Assembly (NCBI GenBank): GCA_963798145.1 | Contig: CAWCSG010000023.1 | Span: 59,686 to 123,685 of the forward strand | Length of the DNA: 64,000 bases | From: an uncultured Alphaproteobacteria bacterium | GTDB taxonomy: Bacteria; Pseudomonadota; Alphaproteobacteria; Geminicoccales; Geminicoccaceae | Direction of reading: 5' to 3' | Shown here: positions 19,582-30,963 of the stretch, one piece after another | Position numbering within the stretch: position 1 is the first letter of the stretch | Layout: each line of letters begins with the position of its first letter | Program-made: the position numbers and the translations under genes | Notes under the pieces: generated by a model | Database searches by the model: none | What the model saw: only the letters and a program-made list of their open reading frames with translations | What the model was told of the DNA's origin: nothing

Positions 19582-20892
19582 ATGACCACACACAGGGCGG
19601 TGCGCGGCCGCCTGTTGACCTTCCTGGACGATCCCGCCGAGGTGGGCGGCACCGCGAGCCATCGCTACACCCATGACGGTTTGGTCGTCATCGAGGACGG
19701 GCTGGTCAGCGCCGTGGGCGACGCGAGTGCGCTGCTGCCCACTCTGCCGGCGGACACGCCGGTCGATCACTACCCGGATCATCTCGTCTTGCCCGGACTG
19801 ATCGACACGCACATCCACTACCCGCAGACGCAGGTGATCGGCTCCTACGGCGCGCAGCTCCTGGAATGGCTGCAGAAATACACCTTTGTCGAGGAACAGA
19901 AATTCAGTGATCCGGCGCATGCCGAGCGGGTCGCGACATTCTTTCTCGATGAGCTGCTGCGTAACGGCACCACGACTGCGGTGGTCTACTGCACCGTACG
20001 GCCGGAATCGGTCGACGCTTTCTTCGCCGAGAGCCAACGGCGCAACACGCGAATGATCGCCGGCAAGGTGATGATGGACCGGGGTGCGCCCGAGGGCCTC
20101 CTGGACACGCCAGAGACCGGCTATCGCGACAGCAAGGCGCTGCTCGCCCGATGGCATGGGCAGGGCCGGCAGCTCTACGCGATCACGCCACGCTTCGCGC
20201 TCACCTCGAGCGAGGGGCAGCTCCAGGCCGCGGGCGCCTTGGTGCGCGAGCATCCCGAAGCCTACATGCAGACCCATCTGGCCGAGAATCTCGACGAGAT
20301 CGCGACCGCCCGGCGGCTTTATCCGCAGGCCGCCAGCTACACCGACATCTACGACCGCTATGGCCTGCTGGGACCGAAATCGCTGTTCGGCCATTGCATC
20401 CATCTCGACGAGACGGAGCTGCAGCGGCTGTCTGCGACCGGCTCGATCGCCGTCTTCTGCCCGACCTCGAACCTGTTCATCGGCAGCGGCCTGTTCGATC
20501 TGGCGACGCTGCGCGACCCCGCCCGACCGGTCCATGTCGGCCTCGCCACCGACGTGGGCGGTGGGACCAGCTATTCGATGCTGCGCACTGCGGCGGAGGC
20601 CTACAAGGTGCTGCAGCTGCGGCGTCAAAATTTGCCGGCACTCGACGCGTTCTACCGCATGACGCTGGGCAACGCGCGTTGCCTCGGCCTCGCCGACAAG
20701 ATCGGCGCCCTGGAGCCCGGGCGCGAGGCTGACCTCGTCGTGCTCGACGCCAGCGCGACGCCGGCGACGGCGCACCGGATGGAAACCGTCGAGGGTGACC
20801 TCGCGGAGGAGCTCTTCGTGCTCATGACCATGGGCGACGATCGGGCCGTACGGGCGACCTATGTCGCCGGCGAGCGGTTGCACGCCGCGTAA
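19582..20892 (+). CDS. guaD: Guanine deaminase
   Basis: PGLIDTHIHYPQ, ITPRFA, QTHLAEN, CPTSNLFIGSG, ATDVGGGTS. Confidence 0.95.
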   Translation: MTTHRAVRGRLLTFLDDPAEVGGTASHRYTHDGLVVIEDGLVSAVGDASALLPTLPADTPVDHYPDHLVLPGLIDTHIHYPQTQVIGSYGAQLLEWLQKYTFVEEQKFSDPAHAERVATFFLDELLRNGTTTAVVYCTVRPESVDAFFAESQRRNTRMIAGKVMMDRGAPEGLLDTPETGYRDSKALLARWHGQGRQLYAITPRFALTSSEGQLQAAGALVREHPEAYMQTHLAENLDEIATARRLYPQAASYTDIYDRYGLLGPKSLFGHCIHLDETELQRLSATGSIAVFCPTSNLFIGSGLFDLATLRDPARPVHVGLATDVGGGTSYSMLRTAAEAYKVLQLRRQNLPALDAFYRMTLGNARCLGLADKIGALEPGREADLVVLDASATPATAHRMETVEGDLAEELFVLMTMGDDRAVRATYVAGERLHAA

Positions 20893-20895
20893 GAA

Positions 20896-23800
20896 TCAGG
20901 CCGCCGTCGCCAGGAGCTGGACCACTTCTTCCGCGGGGCCGGGGCGGCCGAGCAGGTAGCCTTGCGCCGCGTCGCAGCCCCGCTCGCGCAGGAATGCGAG
21001 TTGTTCGGCGGTCTCGACTCCCTCGGCCGTGACCCGCTTGCCGAGGCTGTGTGCCAGAACCACGACGGCAGTCGCGATCGCGCCACCGCCCGGGTTGTCG
21101 CCGATGTCGGCCACGAACGAGCCGTCGATCTTCACCTCATCGAACGGGAAGTGTTTGAGGTAGGCGAGGGAGCTGTAGCCGATGCCAAAATCGTCGATCG
21201 CCAGGGTCACGCCATAGCTCGCGAGGCGCCGCAAGGTCTCGTGGATCTGCTCCTTCGACGAATCGAGAAACACGCTTTCGGTCAGCTCGAGCTCGAGAAG
21301 GCTCGCGTCCAGGCCCGCCGCGTCGAGGGCATCGCGGACCGATTCTACAAACTCGGCCCGACGTAGCTGCGTGGCGGAGACGTTGACCGCGATCTTGAGC
21401 GGCCGGCCAGCGTCGCGCCAGACTACCGCTTGCCGGCAGGCGGCCTGCAACACCCAATCCCCGATCGGATGAATGAGCCCGGACGCCTCGGCGATCGGGA
21501 TGAAGGACGCGGGTGGGATCTGCCCGCCGCCAGGATGGTTCCAACGCAGAAGCGCCTCAACCTTCGCCAAACCCTGACCTGGAAGCTCGAACACCGGTTG
21601 ATAGGCGAGTTCCAGACCGCCGTCGGCGAGCGCCTGACGCAGTCCGCGTTGAAGGTTTCTGACCTTGGAGAGCTCTCGATCCATCTCGCGCCCGTAATGC
21701 TCAAATCGGCTGCGCCCAGCTGCCTTGGCCCGATAGAGCGCAACGTCGGCATTGCGCATCAGGCGTTCGGAAGTGTCGCCATGATCGGGGAAGGTGGTGA
21801 TCCCGAGGCTGGCGCTCACCTCGATCTCCTGTTCGTCGATCACGAATGGTGCTTCCAGCACTGCGAGCACGCGGCGCGCCATCTGTTCGGGCGCATCAAG
21901 CTCGGTCACACCCTCCTGGACCAGCGCGAACTCGTCGCCGCCCAATCGGGCCCAGGTATCGCTGGAGCGAGTGAGGCCGCGTAGACGAGCGGCGACCTCG
22001 CGCAGCAGCGCATCGCCCGCGGTATGGCCAAGGCTGTCATTGACCTCCTTGAATTGGTCGAGGTCGAGCAGCATTATCGCCATGCGTCCGCCGTTGCGGC
22101 GTGTCCGGGCAAGTGCGTGCCCGAGGCGGTCCTGGAACAGCACCCGGTTCGGGAGGCTGGTGAGGGGATCGTGTAGCGCTGCGTGACGGAAGCGTTCCTC
22201 GGCGACCTTCCGTTCGGTGATATCGACCGCGGCGCCTACCGCGCCGACAACCGCACCTGTAGCATCGCGAACCGGCGTTGCGCTGGCGAGTTCGTCGAAA
22301 TAGGTGCCGTCGTCGAACACAATACGCAATTCCTCATTGCGCACGATCTCGCCGCGTGCGGCGCGCTGAACCGGCAAATGCTCGAATGGCACTTCTCGAT
22401 TGTCCTTGTAGACGCGAAAGTGCTGCGGGCGTTCTTTGTTGGGAGCACTCAAGGATTGATTGTGGGCGGTGGCCACGCGCAAGATGTCAGAAGCGTGGCG
22501 ATTCCCGGTGATTCGCTGGCACTCGGTATCATGCGCCAGCCAGACTGCGATCGGAACGGTTTCCATCACGGTTTCCAGTTCCGCTGTCCGGGCTTGGAGC
22601 ACGCTGACGGCCCGTTTGCGGGCGGTGACATCTCGGAATACCACCTGAATGACGAGTTCGCCGTCGATCATCACCGACGCAGCTGCGGCCTCGACGGCGA
22701 AAGGGGTTCCGTCCAGCCGGCGATAGGTCAGCTCGGCGAGTTCTGCCCGGGCCCCAGGGACGGACAATGTAGCGGTTCGGGCACGTGCCAGCGGCAGGCT
22801 CGTCTCATCTACCAGCGTGAAGATTTCCCGGCCGACCAGGTCCGGCGCATCGCGAGCGCCCAGCAGGGCAGCGGCCTGCATGTTGGCGAGCAGGATGGTC
22901 CCCTGACGATGGACGAAGACGGCGTCGGGTGAGGTGTCGACCAGCGCCCGATAGCGCTCTTCGCTTTCGCGTAGCGCCTCGACGGCGCGCTTGCGGTCCG
23001 AGATATCGGCGAGGGTACCGATGCCGCGCGTCGGTCGACCCGCCTCGTCGAAATACACGCGCCCGGTCGCCGCGACCCAACGCTCCGCGCCGTCATTGGC
23101 TCGGCGAATACGAAAGTCGGCAACGTATGTGCCGCCGCTCGCCGGGTCGAAGGCCTGTCGGAAGCGGTCGTCGACCCATTGGCGGTCGTCGGGGTGGATC
23201 AATGAATTGAGCACTTCGTAGGTCGGTTCGATCTCTGCAGCCAGGCCGAGGATGGCCTTTTGCTCGCCGGACCATCGGCGGGTCCCAGACGCTGCGTCGA
23301 TGTCCCAAATGCCCAGCGACGTGGCCTCGACGGCCAAGCGCAGACTGTCAGTTGTGGCCTGCAGGCGGACCTCGCTGGCCCGAGCCGCCTCCTCCGCTCG
23401 CCGCCTTTCGACGATCTCCGCATTCAGGCGGCCGTTCGCGTCCGCCAGTTCCGCGGTACGCGCCGCCACGCGCAACTCCAGCTCGTCGCGTGCCAGTGCT
23501 AGAGCACCTTCCGCCGCTGCCCGGCGAGCCACCTCGGCGCCTAGAGCGTCGTTCTGAACCTGCAGCGCTGCGGGACTCGGCAAGGCCAAAAGCCGCGGTA
23601 GCAATGGCCAGAGCGCCACGGCCGTCGCGACCGAGATGGCGGCGGTGCCGGCCTTGAGAACGCCCTGGAGGCCGTAGGCCGGCACCCAGAGCGTGGCGAG
23701 GTCCGCCACGTGGGTGATGCCACAGGCCAAAATGAACGCGGCGAACAGGCCGGCGAGCCAAGGATAATGCAGATCGCCCCGGCGGCGCAAAAACACCAAG

Positions 23801-23946
23801 ATCGCGCAGGGGATCGAAAAGTAGGCGGCTGCGGTCAGGGCATCGGCGCCGGCGTGCAGGGCAACCAGATCGGGGCGCCACAACAGGCAATAGCCATGCG
23901 GCACGAAGGATGCGGCACCGAAAAGATACTCGAGCAAGTCCGGCAT
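20896..23946 (-). CDS. Ethylene-binding-domain (ETR1-like) sensor with 3 PAS, GGDEF and EAL domains
   Basis: N-terminal ADALTAAAYFSIP...FAAFILACGITH...LKAG; PAS segments; RSSD-x5-GGDEF; EALLRW, ELTE, DDFGIGYSSL, KID, EGVE, QGY. Start at MPDLLEYLF. Confidence 0.88.
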   Translation of the reverse strand: MPDLLEYLFGAASFVPHGYCLLWRPDLVALHAGADALTAAAYFSIPCAILVFLRRRGDLHYPWLAGLFAAFILACGITHVADLATLWVPAYGLQGVLKAGTAAISVATAVALWPLLPRLLALPSPAALQVQNDALGAEVARRAAAEGALALARDELELRVAARTAELADANGRLNAEIVERRRAEEAARASEVRLQATTDSLRLAVEATSLGIWDIDAASGTRRWSGEQKAILGLAAEIEPTYEVLNSLIHPDDRQWVDDRFRQAFDPASGGTYVADFRIRRANDGAERWVAATGRVYFDEAGRPTRGIGTLADISDRKRAVEALRESEERYRALVDTSPDAVFVHRQGTILLANMQAAALLGARDAPDLVGREIFTLVDETSLPLARARTATLSVPGARAELAELTYRRLDGTPFAVEAAAASVMIDGELVIQVVFRDVTARKRAVSVLQARTAELETVMETVPIAVWLAHDTECQRITGNRHASDILRVATAHNQSLSAPNKERPQHFRVYKDNREVPFEHLPVQRAARGEIVRNEELRIVFDDGTYFDELASATPVRDATGAVVGAVGAAVDITERKVAEERFRHAALHDPLTSLPNRVLFQDRLGHALARTRRNGGRMAIMLLDLDQFKEVNDSLGHTAGDALLREVAARLRGLTRSSDTWARLGGDEFALVQEGVTELDAPEQMARRVLAVLEAPFVIDEQEIEVSASLGITTFPDHGDTSERLMRNADVALYRAKAAGRSRFEHYGREMDRELSKVRNLQRGLRQALADGGLELAYQPVFELPGQGLAKVEALLRWNHPGGGQIPPASFIPIAEASGLIHPIGDWVLQAACRQAVVWRDAGRPLKIAVNVSATQLRRAEFVESVRDALDAAGLDASLLELELTESVFLDSSKEQIHETLRRLASYGVTLAIDDFGIGYSSLAYLKHFPFDEVKIDGSFVADIGDNPGGGAIATAVVVLAHSLGKRVTAEGVETAEQLAFLRERGCDAAQGYLLGRPGPAEEVVQLLATAA

Positions 23947-24112
23947 TGGCCTTGGCTCTCCATCTTGCGCGGGCGTAACCTGACAACCAGTGGGTGATGA
24001 AGGGCTATCAGCATTCCTCGTTTGCGACAAGATGGCGCTGGCGCGCAGACAACAACTGAGGAGACCGAGCCCGCGTTTGGCGAGCGGTCGGCAAGGCTGA
24101 GGTTCGGCCCAA

Positions 24113-24148
24113 CCGCGCCGGGCAGGCTCGAAAGCTCGTCCGGCGCGG
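24113..24148. terminator. GC-rich hairpin downstream of tctC and upstream of the GGDEF/EAL gene
   Basis: CCGCGCCGG...CCGGCGCGG arms around an imperfect inner stem with a CGAA loop. Confidence 0.45.
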
Positions 24149-24170
24149 CATGGTGGCCCCAGGGTGACGG

Positions 24171-25148
24171 CTAGTCGATCTGAGCGCCGGATGCCGCGAC
24201 GATCGGCGCCCATTTCGCGAGCTCGTTCCGGACGTGCGTCGCGAGCTCGGCCGGCGACGAGCCGACAACGGTGGCTCCAAAGCCCTGCAGCTTGGCCTGT
24301 GCCTCTGGGTCGGCGACCGCCGCGACGGCGGCGGCATTGAGGCGCTCGATTACCGCCGGCGGGGTCCCGGCGGGTGCGAACAACGCATTCCAGGTGGAGG
24401 TCTCGTAGCCGGGCAGTCCCGATTCCGCGATCGTCGGCAAGTCCGGCATGGACGCCGAGCGCTCGACGGTGGTCACCGCCAGACCGCGCAGCTGGCCATC
24501 CTTGATATAGCCGGTCGACGAGGGGAGGTTATCGAACATGATCGAGACATGATTGCCCAACAGATCGATCAGCGCCGGACCGGCTCCCTTGTAGGGGATG
24601 TGCACCATGTCGACGCCGGCCATGGCTTTGAACAACTCGCCGGAGAGATGCGGCGGCGTGCCGTTGCCGGACGAGGCGTAGCTATATTTGTCGGGATTTG
24701 CTTTCAGGAGGGCGATCAACTCCGCGACGTTCTGCGCCGGCAGCTCGGGATTGACCACGAGCACGTTCGGCACGGTGACCAGCAAGGAGATCGGCGCGAA
24801 GTCGGCGACCGCGTCGTAGGGCATCTTCTTGTAGAGTGCCGGATTGAGTGCGTGGGTCGCGACCGTGCCCATCAGGATCGTGTAGCCGTCCGGATCCTCC
24901 TTGGCGACGCTGGCCGAGCCCAGATTGCCGCCGGCGCCGTCCTTGTTCTCGACGATCACCTGCTGGCCGAGCTCCTTGGTCATCCTCTCGGCGATGACGC
25001 GCGCGATCAGATCGGTCGAGCCGCCGGCCGGGAAGGGCACTACCAGGGTCACCGGGCGGGTGGGGAAAGCCTCCTGCGCCGCAGCTGCGCTCGCCATTGC
25101 CACGAATCCGAGCAGGGCGAGGCAAAGGAAAGAACGCTTCGGCAGCAT
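24171..25148 (-). CDS. Tripartite tricarboxylate transporter substrate-binding protein (Bug/TctC), no tctAB adjacent
   Basis: FPTRPVTLVVPFPAGGSTD, ENKDGAGG, ASSGNGT, HIPYKGAGP, PDLPTIAESG. Confidence 0.93.
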   Translation of the reverse strand: MLPKRSFLCLALLGFVAMASAAAAQEAFPTRPVTLVVPFPAGGSTDLIARVIAERMTKELGQQVIVENKDGAGGNLGSASVAKEDPDGYTILMGTVATHALNPALYKKMPYDAVADFAPISLLVTVPNVLVVNPELPAQNVAELIALLKANPDKYSYASSGNGTPPHLSGELFKAMAGVDMVHIPYKGAGPALIDLLGNHVSIMFDNLPSSTGYIKDGQLRGLAVTTVERSASMPDLPTIAESGLPGYETSTWNALFAPAGTPPAVIERLNAAAVAAVADPEAQAKLQGFGATVVGSSPAELATHVRNELAKWAPIVAASGAQID

Positions 25149-25262
25149 GGGCGGCTCCTGGTCGCTGTCGTGTGCTGGTTGCGGGGTCCGGCCCGGTGGT
25201 GGCAGGAGTAGTCCGGCGGCGCGCCTCGCGCTACCGCCTAGCCAAGCGACGAGGAGAAGCCG

Positions 25263-25736
25263 GTGACCGCCGACGAAGCTCTGCTGGCCACCCTGCTCGA
25301 GCAGGAAGAGCGGCTGCAGCTCACCACCTTCAACAACGATACGGCGTACACGCTGGGGATGGCGCTGGTCGAGCGCGCCCGCGCCGGACACATGGCCCTG
25401 ACGGTCGACCTGACGCTGGTCCACCAGCAATTGTTCCATGTCGCCCTGCCGGGCACCACGATCGACAACGACCACTGGATCCGCCGCAAGAACGCCGCCG
25501 TCTACCGCTTCGGTCGCAGCTCGTTCTATTTGGGCGTATCATGCCGGGTGCGCGGGCTGAGCCTAGCCGAGCGTTACCTGGTCGACGGCAACGAGTTCGC
25601 GGCCCACGGCGGGGCGTTCCCGATCCGCGTCCGCGGCGTCGGCCTGGTGGGCACGATGACGGTCTCCGGGCTGCCGCAGGAGGAGGATCATCGGCTGGTG
25701 GTGACGGTGCTCGAGCAGTATCTGGCCGGGCGCTAA
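25263..25736 (+). CDS. UPF0303 / GlcG-HbpS-like heme-binding domain protein
   Basis: NDHWIRRKNAAVYRFGRSS and HGGAFPI...SGLPQEEDH motifs; GTG start after GGAG. Confidence 0.8.
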   Translation: MTADEALLATLLEQEERLQLTTFNNDTAYTLGMALVERARAGHMALTVDLTLVHQQLFHVALPGTTIDNDHWIRRKNAAVYRFGRSSFYLGVSCRVRGLSLAERYLVDGNEFAAHGGAFPIRVRGVGLVGTMTVSGLPQEEDHRLVVTVLEQYLAGR

Positions 25737-25741
25737 TCGGC

Positions 25742-26587
25742 ATGGCGCGCGCGGCCCGCAAGACGATGCCGGCGACCACGCTGGAAAGCAGGGCCGGCCA
25801 GGTACAATCCCTCACGCGCGCCCTGTCGCTGCTGCGCGCGCTGGCCGAGAGCGGCGACGGCATGACGCTGTCCGACGTGGCGCAGCTGGTCGGGCTGCCG
25901 CCGTCGACCGCGCACCGCTTGCTGACCACGCTGCAGCAGGAGCGGTTCGTGCGTTTCGACGTGGCGTCGCACGTCTGGCAGGTCGGCGTCGAGGCATTCG
26001 TGATCGGCAATGGGTTCGTGCGCACGCGCGACGTCGTGGTGATGGCGCGGCCCTATCTGCGCCGGCTGATGGAGGAGGGTGGAGAGACCGCCAATCTCTA
26101 TCTGGAGCAGGACGGCGAGGTGATCTGCATGGCCCAGGTCGAGTGCCGGCAGATGATGCGCGCGATCGCGCGGCCGGGCGGGCGCGTGCAGATGCACTGC
26201 TCGGGTGCTGGCAAGGCGATCCTGGGCTGGCTGCCTGACGGCGAGCTGACCCGGATCATCCAGAAGCACGGGCTGCGTCGGGTCACCGACCGCACGCTCG
26301 ACACGCCGCGCAAGCTGCGCGCGGCGCTGGAGCAGGTGCGCGCGTGCGGCTACGCGGTCGACGACGAGGAGCATGCGGTGGGCCTGCGCTGCGTCGCCGC
26401 CCCGGTGTTCGACGAGCATGGCCTGCCGGTCGCCGCGCTCTCACTGTCCGGACCGGGTGCGCGGGTCACCGAGGAGCGTCTGGCGGCGTTGGGGGAGCTG
26501 ACGGCGCAGGTTGCCGGTGAGCTGTCGGCAGAGCTCGGTGGCCATTCGGCGGTAGCCAACTTCCATTCCCGAAACATCGGCAACTAA
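25742..26587 (+). CDS. IclR family regulator (AllR-like, probably glyoxylate-responsive)
   Basis: [43 protein letters not shown]; directly upstream of gcl. Confidence 0.92.
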   Translation: MARAARKTMPATTLESRAGQVQSLTRALSLLRALAESGDGMTLSDVAQLVGLPPSTAHRLLTTLQQERFVRFDVASHVWQVGVEAFVIGNGFVRTRDVVVMARPYLRRLMEEGGETANLYLEQDGEVICMAQVECRQMMRAIARPGGRVQMHCSGAGKAILGWLPDGELTRIIQKHGLRRVTDRTLDTPRKLRAALEQVRACGYAVDDEEHAVGLRCVAAPVFDEHGLPVAALSLSGPGARVTEERLAALGELTAQVAGELSAELGGHSAVANFHSRNIGN

Positions 26588-26613
26588 TTGAAACTTACGG
26601 AGGTTCGGCAAGC

Positions 26614-26630
26614 GTTCCACGATACGGAAT
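26614..26630. promoter_or_regulatory. Candidate IclR operator upstream of gcl
   Basis: GTTCC-N7-GGAAT inverted repeat, a geometry reported for IclR-type sites such as GenR. Confidence 0.5.
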
Positions 26631-26712
26631 GGTTTCCAAAACCGTTTGCCGACTTGTTTGTAGCCCGATAACCTGCGAACGTGACCAGTTAGGAACCGGG
26701 GAGGCCAGGGAC

Positions 26713-28525
<1,813 letters not shown>

Positions 28526-28528
28526 CCG

Positions 28529-29230
28529 TCAGCGCGTGATGCGCAGCTCCAGCGCGGCCCGCGTGAGCTGCTCGAGATGGTCGATCAGGTTGTCGGCGCT
28601 GAGGGCGGCAGCATCGGCGTCGCCAGCGACGATCGCCGCGAGGGTGTCGGCGTGGATGTCGGAATTCTCCGGGAAGCCGCCCGCGTCCTCGCGGAACGCA
28701 TACCAAAACCGTCGCGAGAGGCCGTGGATCACGCCGATGCTGCTGGCGAGGACGGAATTGTGCGCGGCACGTGGCACGATGTCGTGAATCGAGCGGGTCG
28801 CATGCAGGTAGCGAACAGCGTCGGTCGCGGCGGCGGCCGCGCGGATCTCATTGGCGAGCAACTGCATCGCGGCGCGTTCGCGGTCGAGGGCGCGGACGGC
28901 CGCCAGCTGCACGACGAGCCGCTCGAGCGGCCGCCGAACCTCGAGCAGCTCGAGTTGCTTGACGACGTCGATGGGCGCCACGAGCACGCCACGACGCGCG
29001 TGGATCTCGACGAAGCCTTCGAATTTGAGGCGCTGCAGCGCCTCGCGGATCGGCGTCCGGCCACAGTTGAGCTGCTCGCTGAGCTGGTTCTCGGAAATCA
29101 TCGAACCCGGCCGTAACTGGCGCGTGACGATCATCTCCTCGATGGCGCGATAGGCGGCCTCGGACAGCGATTCACCCGGTGCCGCCGCCGGCCGGCCGTT
29201 CAGTTCCAGCACCAGATTCGCCCCATCCAT
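28529..29230 (-). CDS. GntR/FCD family regulator
   Basis: [27 protein letters not shown] wHTH plus FCD domain. Confidence 0.9.
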   Translation of the reverse strand: MDGANLVLELNGRPAAAPGESLSEAAYRAIEEMIVTRQLRPGSMISENQLSEQLNCGRTPIREALQRLKFEGFVEIHARRGVLVAPIDVVKQLELLEVRRPLERLVVQLAAVRALDRERAAMQLLANEIRAAAAATDAVRYLHATRSIHDIVPRAAHNSVLASSIGVIHGLSRRFWYAFREDAGGFPENSDIHADTLAAIVAGDADAAALSADNLIDHLEQLTRAALELRITR

Positions 29231-29288
29231 GCCGAGATGCCGACGTAAAACCATGCCCAAGATAGCCGTTGACCCCCTGAACTGCAAT

Positions 29289-29298
29289 TGATATGTCA
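29289..29298. promoter_or_regulatory. Candidate GntR operator between the regulator and dctP
   Basis: TGATATGTCA near-palindrome (8 of 10) in the divergent spacer; short, so could be chance. Confidence 0.35.
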
Positions 29299-29413
29299 GA
29301 TGCCGATCAGGGCGTGCGCCTCATGCTGAAACGGGCTCCGACCTGGGATGGATCAGGGTTCCAGCAATGATCAAGATGCGCCGCCGGAACCGCCACAGGG
29401 AGGGCTGAAGGCC

Positions 29414-30382
29414 ATGGGTTTTCCACTTCGTTCATTGTTGCTCGGGGCTTGCGTGGCGATGTCGCTGCCAGCGAGCGCGCGCGACCTGCGGTCCGCGGAC
29501 ACGCACGTCGACGGCTATCCGACCGTCGAGGCCGTCAAATATATGGGCGAGCTGCTCAGCCAGCGGACCGACGGCAGGCTCGGCATTCAGGTCTTCCACT
29601 CCGCGCAGCTTGGCGAGGAAAAGGACACGATCGAGCAGACCCAGTTTGGCGCGCTCGACATGAACCGGATCAACATGGCGCCACTCAACCAGGTGGCACC
29701 CGAGACCATCGCCTTAGGCATGCCGTTCCTGTTCCGTGATATCGATCACTTGCACAAGGTGCTCGACGGACCGATCGGCGAGGAGATCCTCGCTGCCATG
29801 GAGCCACACGGGCTGATCGGGCTGGCGTTCTACGATTCCGGCACGCGCTCCTTTTACAACTCAAAACATCCGATCAAGACGCTGGACGATATGAAGGGCC
29901 TGAAGTTGCGGGTCATCCAGTCCGACGTGTTCATCGCCATGGTCGAGGCGCTCGGCGCCAACCCGACTCCGATGCCGTTCGGCGAGGTCTACAGCGCCAT
30001 TCAGACCGGTGTCGTCGACGGTGCGGAGAACAATTGGCCGAGCTACTGGAGCACGCGCCACTTCGAGGTTGCCAAATATTACAGCCTGACTGAGCACTCG
30101 ATGACGCCCGAGATGCTGGTGATGTCCAAGATGACTTGGGATACGTTGACGCCTGAAGATCAGAAGATCGTGCGTGAGACGGCTAAAGAGTCAGTCGGTA
30201 AGATGCGCGAATTGTGGCAGGCCAGCGAGATCCAGGCTCACAAGGCGGTCATCGATGGCGGAGCGCAGGTCAACGAGGTCGACAAGCAGCCGTTCATCGA
30301 CGCCATGGCGCCGGTCTACAAGAAGTTCGCGGCCGATCCCAAGGTCAATGACCTGATCGAACGGATCAAGGCGGTCCAATGA
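29414..30382 (+). CDS. dctP: TRAP transporter substrate-binding protein
   Basis: SAQLGEE, KGLKLRV, GANPTPMPFGEVYSAIQTGVVDGAENN. Confidence 0.93.
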   Translation: MGFPLRSLLLGACVAMSLPASARDLRSADTHVDGYPTVEAVKYMGELLSQRTDGRLGIQVFHSAQLGEEKDTIEQTQFGALDMNRINMAPLNQVAPETIALGMPFLFRDIDHLHKVLDGPIGEEILAAMEPHGLIGLAFYDSGTRSFYNSKHPIKTLDDMKGLKLRVIQSDVFIAMVEALGANPTPMPFGEVYSAIQTGVVDGAENNWPSYWSTRHFEVAKYYSLTEHSMTPEMLVMSKMTWDTLTPEDQKIVRETAKESVGKMRELWQASEIQAHKAVIDGGAQVNEVDKQPFIDAMAPVYKKFAADPKVNDLIERIKAVQ

Positions 30383-30957
30383 CCGCCCCGGCGCATCCTC
30401 CCGCCGCAGGCGTGGCGATGCCGCGCTGGCGCGGGCTGCAGCGCCTGACCACGGTTCTGGGCGTGTTCGCACGCCTGGCGCTCTGGGTGAGCGGGGTCGG
30501 CTTGGTCATCATGACCGCGGCGATCGGCTGGCAGATCTTCGGCCGCTTCGTCCTGAACAGCTCGCCGACCTGGACGGAGCCGGTCTCGCTCTTATTGATG
30601 CTTTACTACATACTGCTGGCCGCGGCGGTAGGGGTGCATGAGGGCTTCCACCTCAGCCTCGACCTGTTCCGCAGCTTGGCGCCCGAACATACGCGTCGCA
30701 TGTTCGACTACGCCAATCACACCGTGGTCGGCCTGTTCGGCCTGGCGATGGCTTGGTATGGGGCGGCGCTGGCGCGTGCCACGTGGACCAACAAGATCGC
30801 GGTCCTCGATTTGCCGCAAGGGGTCAGCTACCTGCCGATCGCTCTGTCCGGCGCTTTGATCGCTCTGTTCTCGATCGAGCACATCCTGGTCCTGGCGTCG
30901 GGCCAACCGGATCCAGTCGACGAGATCGCGCGGGCGCAAGTGGCGCTCGGGGAGTAG
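30379..30957 (+). CDS. dctQ: TRAP transporter small permease
   Basis: Four TMs, WTEPVS, position between dctP and dctM. Confidence 0.88.
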   Translation: MTAPAHPPAAGVAMPRWRGLQRLTTVLGVFARLALWVSGVGLVIMTAAIGWQIFGRFVLNSSPTWTEPVSLLLMLYYILLAAAVGVHEGFHLSLDLFRSLAPEHTRRMFDYANHTVVGLFGLAMAWYGAALARATWTNKIAVLDLPQGVSYLPIALSGALIALFSIEHILVLASGQPDPVDEIARAQVALGE

Positions 30958-30963
30958 GGAACG

